A stretch of 64,000 nt of DNA from Microbotryum violaceum (Eukaryota): contig CDLV01000011.1 of NCBI GenBank assembly GCA_001244265.2, forward strand, positions 1,426,001 through 1,490,000, in the 5' to 3' direction. The position numbers and the translations under genes are program-made. A model generated the notes under the pieces. That model saw only the letters and a program-made list of their open reading frames with translations. It had not been told where the DNA came from and ran no database searches. This document shows positions 12,823-22,300 of this stretch, piece after piece. The stretch's first letter is position 1. Every line of letters starts with the position of its first letter.

Positions 12823-15800
12823 CTAGACGACCCCATCGCCCAAAGTGTCGAAATCAATGAAGGAGTCGAACGCCATATCGAACTGAAGGTCGGCGTACAG
12901 ATCGTCGCCCGTCGAGCCCGAACCGCCCAACTGACTTAAAGTTGGCATGCCTCCGCCTCCTGCAGCACCACCTCCCGCAGCAGCGTTGTTGCCATCGTTC
13001 GCCGCCGAAGTCCCATTGCCGCCTGACCCGCCAGTATTACTGGCTTGGTAAGTCGCCATCGAAGAGGGAGCAGCAACGGCCCCCGCGAACGGTCTCGCCG
13101 TTCCCCCAGGCGTAACGGCCATCGCACCCGGGTTGCCCTCGCCACCAGACGGATTGATCCCACTCGTAGTGAGGTGTTGGTGCATCTGGTGCATGCTCGG
13201 TGTCGGTGGCATGGCGATGTGCATGTTGGGTGGCGATCGACCTCCTCCGCCGTTCCCACCTCCCGAGTTGGAAATCGAGTCCCTTCGGACAAGAGTGTTG
13301 ACCAAACCTTGCCCGCCGTGGTACTGGTTCGATGCGGCAGATGAAGGTCGACTGTTGTTCCCACCTCCACCGTTTCCATTGGCTTGACCGTACATTGCCC
13401 CGTTCGGTTGGTTCGAACCATCCGCACCAGAGATGTTTGCGTCCCCAGAACCATTTCCACCAGAAAAGGCGCCCGAGCCGGACACCATCGCGGCCCGCCC
13501 ATCCTGATCGACTTGCAACCCATCCAGCTGCGACTGCGAAGGCGAAGGAGCAGGTCGGTACCCCATCGTTGCTCCAGGGTTGTTCAAATTGGGCGGCGCC
13601 ATCCCAGGACTCGAAGGGGTCGATTTAGCCAGATCGGGCGTTCCGGGCGGTTGAACGTCGTTCCCGTCCTCTCTGGACAAGTTGCCCCCACCACTCGCCC
13701 CGCCGCGAGCGCGTTTTCTCGATCGTGGACTCGGTTCCTCGATGTTAGATCCGCCGGCACCTCGTTTCCCGGCGACGGTTGTGACTCGGCCTCCTCGAGT
13801 CGGGTTCGGAGGACCGCGTTGAGGTGGTGGTGCATACGTCGCTTTTCCACTCCCACCTCCCGGCGTCGGTGCATTGGCCGCCGAAGGACCTGGAGTCGGT
13901 GCACCCGCAGATGGTGTTGGAGGAGGTTGTGGTGAGCCAATTGAGCCGGCGTTTTGGAAGGCCGCATTCTGGTTGAATTGGTGGGGAGATGCCGCAGAGA
14001 ACGCGGGTGAGGCAGGCGTGTCGCTACGAGAGAGGTAACAAAAGTTCAAGGGATCAGCTTCTCAACGTGAGTCCAGCTCCACCCACCTCCCACCCAAGTA
14101 CTCACCCTTGGTTAGCCATATGTTGCATATGCTGTGGTTGTGGACCCCCCTGACCGTTGCGCAATGCCCCCTGCTGCTGTTGGTGAGGGAATTGCTGCGA
14201 CTGGATCTGCTGGTGCTGGTGTTGATGCTGTTGCTGCTGTTGTTGTTGTTGCATCATCATCTCGTTCTGTTGTCGCATCTGCATCTGCTGCATCTGCTGC
14301 ATCTGCTGCATCTGCTGCATCTGCTGCATCTGTTGTTGTTGCTGCGGTGACATCCCCTAGGATCGAACACAGTCAAAAAGGGGCATCAGCCATCCATTTG
14401 AAGTCCTTCAGATCGCTGATAACTCCTCTGCAAACTCACCGCGAATTGCTGGCCCAGCCTCTGCTGCACCGGTCCACCTTGTTCAAGCTGATGCATCCCC
14501 GGTGGCCCAGGCCTCATCGCCCCACCCGAAACAACCCTCTGCCCCATCATCGCCCCCTGCGGCGGTCCCTGACCCCCCGGCCCCAACATTTGTCTCTGAA
14601 CGACCCCACCCGGTCCTCCAGGCCCACCCGCGGCTCCAACTATCCCCATCCCATTCGGAGGTCCACCAGGTCCACCGCCGGCGGTAGGAGGTACACGTAA
14701 TTCGGGTAATACGCCCATCCGCCTCATCTGTGCGGCGACGGCGGCGTGTTCGTCCGCGGTCAAGGTTTCGACTTCTTTGCCTTCGATCCCGACCATTCTC
14801 AGAGCTTGATTGAACGCGGCGGTCAGGTCGGGGCGACCGGCGATGAGGTGAGGGAGTGAAATGCCGGTCGGTCCTGGACCGGGTCGGGGACTGTTCCCGA
14901 AGGGGTGTGGGGAATGCGCCAAATGAGGTGAAGCCGATGAAGATGACGTGTGGGATCCGAGACCGTATTGTCCTTGACCTTGCGAGGCTTGCATCTGAGG
15001 TGGGAGATTGCTGTGCGATCCGGGCGGACCACCGATAAACCCACCAGGGGAAGCGGCGGGGCCTCCCGTGCCGCCCAGGAGATGATTATGCTGCGACGAC
15101 CCCGGCGGACCCATCGGTTGCGATGATGTCGACGCTTGAGGCATGTACGGTCCTCCTGACCCTGGTGGCATCGGTGCTCCAGGGGGTCGAGTGGGGGGTC
15201 CCCCAGGTCCCATCCCTACAACGCTGACACGCCCCTGTTGCATCTGTTGCTGCAGCTGTTGTTGTTCCAAGACGTGTATCTGCGCTGGGTTCGTGTAATT
15301 TGGTCGGGTTTGGCCCATCGGAGATGGCCCCGGCGGTTGCGAGGGTTCATTCGGTCGAGTGGGGTGCCCCATCGTTCGGGGCAGCATGATGGGAGGTGGG
15401 GGGTTTGGTCCGGAGAAGTTGACGACCAACGGGTCACGCTTGTGTCGCGTGGCCTGTGAATGGTCCGTGCATAGTCAGAACCAGTCGTCATCAGATACCC
15501 CGGTTCTCCTCGCAAAGCTCACATCGACAAATACGTCGGCATTGGGGTTCCTCGGTCCGCTCTTTTGTGAGCGTGCGATAAAGACGTCCCAAAACACGCT
15601 CCACCATCTACGAACCCATCAAGAAACGGCTACAATTAGCATCACAGATGATCGCATCCCCTCCCGCATAGCTCAGGTTGCGGCGACTGACTCGTATAGG
15701 AGCCCCTGGGGTGCTTCGATCGGTGGCCCTTTCCATTCGGTCTCATTGATGCCGGCGTCCGCTGCAAAGGCCGAAGCGGTCGAGTTCCACCCTCGTTTCT

Positions 15801-16366
15801 AAGACACGAGAAGAACAAAAAGTGTTAGCACACCTGGAAATTGAGCTTTCGGCACATCGAACCCGGCTCGAGCGTCGCGCGTATTCACCTTGAGGTAGTC
15901 GTAGCAATACCTGAAGGGAATCGTGAAAAGCAGGCAATTAGTTCCTTCGCCCTGGAGCGTCCGTGAGGGGATATTGAGACGTGGAAAGGAGGCAGATAGA
16001 CAGCGACTGGTCCCAGAGAAAGGAGGAGCAAATGAGGGGAGGGTCAAGCGAGCGAGCGAGCCCAGGAGTGGTTGGGTCGCCGACGCATGCAAGAGAAGAT
16101 AGGGTGGTGCGTGAAAGGACCACTCACGAGTGCAGTGTTGCGTCGCCTTCCCAAGAGTTGGTCAGGAGCGTTGGTGTTGGAGCGATGGATGAATGTCTCG
16201 GTGGCTGTTATTTGGGGCAAGGTCAAGTGTGAACAGCGTGAGTGAGAGTGGGACAGGAGGGGGCGGTTACGGGAACGTTGGCTTGGAAGAAGGGGGATCC
16301 CGAGGGACGACGGACCTGTTGTGAGCCCGGCGGCGGCTGTGTTGCAGGTGGTGCTTGCGAGGCCAT
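12823..16366 (-). CDS. Flo8/Som1/SSDP-family LisH (LUFS) transcriptional regulator with Q/P/G-rich tail
   Basis: Spliced N-terminus MASQAPPATQPPPGSQQ|PPRH..NSWEGDATLHS|YCYDYLK|KRGWNSTASAFAADAGI..PPIEAPQGLLYE|WWSVFWDVF is the LUFS signature, followed by long low-complexity exons. Confidence 0.9.
14203..14345. repeat. Poly-Q / (QQM)n coding repeat, (CATCTGCTG)n plus CAG/CAA runs
   Basis: Directly visible; translates as QQQQQMQQMQQMQQMQQMQQMQM..QQQQQQQQHQHQHQQ in the LisH regulator. Confidence 0.9.
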
Positions 16367-17304
16367 CTTGCCACGAGCACGATCTGGATTGAAACCTGGC
16401 TGTTGTCAGCATACGTCTCGAATGTTCGCCATCTGGGAGCTGAGCGCCCTCGCCGTGTTGCTGCTTGATGCTCGCGTTGTTAGCGCGTTACCCCGGCCCG
16501 GCACGATGTCCGTTCGCCCACCACCACGTCGAGCGCCCACACCCGCGCCCACACCGACGAGCGCGCCCAAGCCCACCACCACACACACACACACAGACAC
16601 ACATGGCACGGCCGTCGGCCATACCACACCCTAATTTGCAGCATGAAACCACCACCTGATTGCCGGATAGCCGAGATAAGGCAAGAGCTCACCACTTGTG
16701 GTTGACCTCGATGTTTTGATGGGATCGAGTAAGCGATGTTACGTCGTCGTATCGCCGTGGACGGTCGGTCCCACCTGCCCCTCTCGTCCGGACGGAGGTC
16801 GCGGCGCTTCTTCGATCACGATGTCAGACACGCTTGGGCGCGGCTTTCGGGCCTAAGAGGACTAGCTGGCGTGGACACGATCCAACTCGAGCTGAGCCAC
16901 CTCCTTTTCGCTCCTCTTTGATAAGAACGATATGAGAGATGAAGCTAGCCCGCCGGAGTGGTGGGAAAGTAAGCAGCTAGCCGGGTGCAGAGAGCGGGCT
17001 GTCGAGCGCTTCGAGGCGCGCGTGAGGATGACGAGCCAACGGGATTTGTGTGGGAAGGATGGTCCAAGAGCGCAAGCGGCAGGGGGTGACGCGGCGACGG
17101 GCAGCCTGCAGGGCGAGCGCGGCGAGAGGGTCTGAGTGGGTCTGAGCGGGCGAGCGCAGACGCGGGTGCCCGGGCGAGGCGCAGGCAGAGAAGCAGGCGC
17201 CTGGCGCACCCGTTCCCAGGTTCCCAGGGGGCGGTTCACCTTGACGCACTGCACTTTAACATCTGCGCGCGCCGGGCGGTGATACCACTGAGCGACGTTT
17301 TTGG

Positions 17305-17485
17305 CGGGGAATACCCATCTGAATGGGTATTGCCTGGGCTGCGGTATTACCCATCAGAATGAATACCCATCTGAAGGGCTAATACCCAAGCCAAGCATTG
17401 GGTATTACCCCTTCAGATGGGTATTACCCAAGCAGACGGTATTTCCTTCGGTTCGGGTATTTCCAATTTTAATGGGTAATACCAT
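17305..17485. repeat. Left subterminal repeat array of the near-palindromic motif GGGTAWTACCC (about 10 degenerate copies)
   Basis: Examples: gggtattacccc, gggtattaccca, gggtaatacca, gaatacccatctgaa. Confidence 0.9.
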
Positions 17486-17799
17486 CCAAAAAGTCTCAAT
17501 AGGGGCTCTTTTCGGGAGCGTGATCGAGCTTAATTCACATTAGCTTGCTCATTAGGTTCTGTATCATTAAATGCTAGTGCGAGCTCAATTGGCATTAGCT
17601 TACTTATTAGGGTCTGTATCATAAATTACTAATGCTCGCGTTCATATTACTAATGTTAATGCAGCCATCTTATATTGCATGCCAGATGTTGTAGTATTTA
17701 TCTAGCAAGTGTCTACCGTTACCATCTTTGACCCGTAGCCGGATAGTTTGGATCGTTGGCATCCAAATCATCCGCAGCTGCCGCGCCTGCTCCGCTTCC

Positions 17800-19169
17800 T
17801 CAAGTCCATGGAGACCGTTCCAATTCCTCGACTTCTTCTTCATCCTGTCCCTGATCGTCGTCTTCTTCTTTTTCAGTTCGACCGTTGCCAAGGTCTCTCT
17901 TTGGGTTGGTCTGTTGGCTTCTGTTAGGATTGTGTTCGGTCTTCTTCTTCTTGTTTCTTGGCGGGCCCGGGCCTCTGACACCGCTGGCTGCAGGAGTCGA
18001 ACGTTGGCCGCTTGAACCCACGTGGGGGCTTGTTTGTTGAGTCTCCTGCGACAATTGTGGTGATCCTGCTCCTTGGCGCGCTCCTCGCTTCTTGGGCACT
18101 AGGGCCCTGTTCCTAGTTGCCAGCACTTCTTCCTCTTCGAGGTCGCTTGTGCCTGTATCTGAAGCCGAATAGACCCCGTCTTGGCTCTGAAGGAGTCATC
18201 ACGGTCTCATCAGTGCATACCATCCAGATCGATCTGGTTGAGAAGAAGGGGCTAACTTTCCGACTGGGACCTTCACCATGCCTGCTGCGGAGTGTCGCTA
18301 TGTCTGCTTTGGAGAGCTGACCTTTGATTCCCGCAAGCCGGCACACTTCGCGATCGTACGCTAATTTCCAGGCGGACCGAATATTTGCCAAGACATCGAT
18401 GACGAGTTCTTCATAGAGCCAGTCGCCGGATGTGACCGCAAGGAAACCAGCCCGTTCGCGAATCTGACCAAGTGCCAATGGAGGAGTAATTGGTCAGCAC
18501 GCAAGCGAGCGCACAACAAGGTGACGACCGGGGGGGGGGGGCTTCGTGTTACTTACATACTTGACGATTTCTCGTTGCTTCAAAGGGGAGAGATTCCCCC
18601 ACAAGACTGTTTTTGTGCTAGTTTTGGCAGAGATGAGTCTGAAGGCGTCCTTGAGATCGTAGTTCTCGGACAGGTCGTGGTTGGGGGACCACTCCTGGTT
18701 GATCTCCGCAAGCGGCCCATACAGCTGGACCGGGGTAGGTGTCCTGATCCCTGCCACTACTAGTGCGTCCCGCACCACCGACTGGGTCGAGGAAGGTTAC
18801 GAGTGGCACAGGGATGTCAGAGCTAGTCGGTAGTGGGGCTCTGCTCGCTGGACTTGCCGGCACTTGCAAGCGCGGGCAAATTGACAAAATCTTCAATTTG
18901 CCCGCGCTTGCAAGTATAATCACGCAATCCCATATTGCCCTTGTCTTTTCGTGCGTACATGCCGTCGGCATCAATGTATTTTCTGGCTGCAGTGGACCGA
19001 TGCGGCACACGTCAGCGAAAATGTGGCTGACTTAGCCCGAACGAGACTCGGCCCGAACCTGGCGAAGCAAATGCTTGAATCAGAACAAGTACTGCATGCT
19101 GAGCTCACCAATGCCCTTCCCATTCCGTCTTTGGTTCTCTTTGTCCTTCTCTGATGCAGATCCTGCCAT
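17800..19169 (-). CDS. CACTA accessory gene (ORF2/TnpA-equivalent candidate), multi-exon, with acidic C-terminus
   Basis: Putative ATG at 19169 (MAGSASEKDKENQRRNGKGI|GTGAGC). Exons 'VLWGNLSPLKQREIVKY' and 'GFLAVTSGDWLYEELVIDVLANIRSAWK', then a basic/acidic tail 'KKKKTE..EKEEDDDQGQDEEEVEELE'. It lies inside the TIRs; the exon structure is only partly resolved. Confidence 0.6.
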
Positions 19170-19361
19170 TGCGGCGCTCCCGTGTGGCAGTGGATGAATG
19201 GTGGGTGGGAGAAGGACTGAACACGTGGGCGGAAGGAGGGAAAGAGAGAAACGAAGACGTGCGCGCAAACTGCACAACTGCGCCGACTGCGCCACAAATT
19301 TTGCAAAGTCTTCTTCCGGACCCTCAACGGTGGTAAACGTGCACCGCTCGTTCGCTCCGCC

Positions 19362-22300
19362 ATGGCGGGCAACACAACCTCTCGCCCATGCCCTTGTTCC
19401 TGGTGCAAAGGGGCTTCAGTGTCAAAAGCGACCTTCTACCGCCATCACGCTCGACAACCTAATGGACCCCGCGCTACTGAAGAGGCTGCCATTCTCGAGG
19501 TACCGCGGCAGCCATCGATGCTTCTAGCACCGCCTGGTCCCCATTCTCAATTATTCCAGCCCCACGACCTACACCCAGTTGGTTCGCAACCCGCTCGCCA
19601 CAAAAATATACCCAATCCGCAGAGCGAATCGTGTCGTGAAAGGCGTTCGTCGGTTCTTCGATGGGCGCTCAGCTCAATGACTCGGCGCTTTCAAACGACA
19701 CACAAGCCTATGGCAGCGTCTCGAGTAATATTTCGCACACCGATGCACCAAACTCACCATCGCTGCCCTACGAGAGCGAAGAATTCAGTATGAACATCAG
19801 CCCCGAGCTTCCCCAGATCCCTGAAGGCGATTACGATTTCGAGCGAGCTTCTTGGACGAGGGGGTCAATGGACAGTTTCGAAGGCCATGCACTGGAGTCG
19901 GACCAAGACGTACTTCGCCAGACACAACTGTCTGAAATGACTTCTGTTTTAATTAGACAGTCAGATTCCCCTTGTCCGTACCAGTTCATAGTTGATAGTT
20001 AATTGTACACCAGACGCCCGAGGGCTGGCCAAGAGCGCCGAATCAAGTCCAAAGCAGGTCCGCCCAAGCTTGCGCCCAGGTAGTCCCATTTCGGTCCTTC
20101 ATCTTTATTCAAGGCCCCGATGTACCCTATCCTATGAGCCAATCCTTTTCCCGAAGTTACGGATCTATTTTGCCGACTTCCCTTATCTACATTATTCTAT
20201 GGACTAGAGGCTGATCACCTTGGGACCTGATGCGGATATGGGTACGAGCGAGTGCAAGACTTTTTCATTCCCTCGGATTTTCAAGGGCCGTTAAGGACGC
20301 ACCGGACATCACAAAATTGCAATGCTCTACCAATCATTAGACCCTATCTCCGGATAATCCGATTCCAGGGTTATAGATTGTAAAGGAGAAAAGATAACTC
20401 TTCCCAGGGCCCTTACCGGCGTCTCCAAGTTCATTTACGTCACCGTTCAGAATCTGCATCTCGGTTACGGAATTTTAACCGTATTCCCTTTCGATAGGCG
20501 GACTTCTGCTTTGGAGACGATATCCCCCGCCCTGCAGCCCCTCGACGATTACAGTTCGAGCTCGCTCCCATTCGACGACGACGATCCACTTGTCGTCGAG
20601 GAACTTTGGGGAGCGGATCAACGGTTGGATGCCAATGGTGTCTACAACACACCCACCACATCCCGATTGTCCAGCTCCCAGGAGCGCGCAGTGGCAGAGG
20701 AGGAAGTTCGCCAAGAGATCGAGTTGGGTGAGATTCCTATCATAAATTGAATGTTGCTAGTGAGTAGGCGAGTGCTGCGTCCCTGATGTGAACCTCTGCT
20801 CCACTGCCTTCAGCCAAGGCTCTCCCGTACTACGACGTGGACACACTGTACGACTTTTCTTTTCGACATATGTACAACATGACGCGCCAGGCGAGCAAAA
20901 TCTGGGAGGTACTTGGGAGTCGGCCTAGTTTGCAGAAAGTACGTGCTCGAGTGTTTGCATTGACAGGTAAGTAGTCGGGCTGCATTCCATTCTTGATCTT
21001 GAAAGCGCAGTGTTCGCTGACAGTTCGTCGATTTAGGCTTGAAGCCTGTTCGGATACCCTGCTGCGTCAAGACCTGTGTTGCTTTCACTGGGCCCAGAGA
21101 AGCATTGACACGTTGTCCAGTATGCAATTCGCCGAAACTGGATCAAAATGGCCATCCTCAAAATACATTTCTGTACCTGTCGCCCGACGTGTACTTAAAC
21201 ATCTACCTGCGCGATCGAGTGTACGCCTCCTTGATGCGTTATCGATCCGACTTTGAGCGCAATCGAGATCCTCAAGAGGTCGTGGACTTATTTGACGGTG
21301 ATCGTTATCGCGAGAAGCTGGATCAGAACATATCATGGACGAACCCACCTATCGCAGGTGCATCCCAACCGACCGTCTCTACAATCAACGTCAAGTATTA
21401 TGAGAACGATGTCGACGTCGCGTTCGGGCTGTTCACCGATGGCATTCAACTATTCAACAAGACTCAGAGCGAATGCTGGCCAATCATGATGATCAATTAC
21501 AACCTACCGCCAGAGATACGTTACAAGAAGAAGCATCTCATGATCGTCGGCATCATACCCGGCCCCAAGGGCCCCAAAGACATTGATTCATTTCTTCATC
21601 CCCTATACGAAGATGCTCGAGCATCGGCTAGAAACGGACACATGGTCTTTGACGGTGTTACAGAGGTGTGTAATAGCGTCGCCGAGTTAAGTCCTGCATA
21701 TCCTCCGCCCCGTGGAGACTGATGCACATTGCCGCATTGACAGACCATGGTGCGACAGCGATGGTTCATACACGTGATTGGAGGCGACGGACCTGCTCTC
21801 TCAAAGATGCTTGGTTTCAAGGGTCCAACCGCCAAATGGCCTTGCCGAGTCTGCCTCATTCAAGGAGTTCCATGCGCTGCTGCCCACAATCACAACTACT
21901 ACCCCCTCAAGATGCCTCTCGACTCATCGCATGCGAACCGATCTGATCTGACCGCTTTGGATCTTCCCATGCGTTCGGAAGCAACGATCCGCGAAGCGGC
22001 ATCGGAAAAAAATCCTACATTCGGCCTCAGCAAGCTGAGCTCGGCGGCGCACTTTCCTGGATTTTCGCTTCATCAAGACGGACCTTCGGACTTCATGCAC
22101 GCTGTCTTCGAAAACGTCGCTCGAAAGCTCTTCAATATGTGGCATGGTGACTTGGCGGCTCAGAAATCAAAGGGTTACAAGACCCAGGCGCCACAAGCTC
22201 AGAGAGGCAGATCCGCGCAAGGAAAGGTGACATCGGCGGCTAGTGCAGAAGCAACGACGTCCGCGGCCGCAGTAGACGAAGCGCTTGGGAACGACTTACC

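Noticed and set aside
19992-20207. 71-aa ORF (..PILFPKLRIYFADFPYLHYSMD)
   Set aside because: This is the antisense translation of conserved rRNA sequence, a well-known source of spurious proteins.
19946-20497. Alternative intron using the GT at the insertion boundary (19946) or GTCCGT (19974)
   Set aside because: Both leave the downstream exon out of frame. Only phase-2 donors such as 19960 restore it.
19947-20500. Functional rDNA locus, or an rDNA-targeting element (R2/Pokey-like) sitting in 28S
   Set aside because: Only 554 bp of LSU is present and it lies inside the transposon, not around it. There is no 18S, 5.8S, ITS or remaining 28S.
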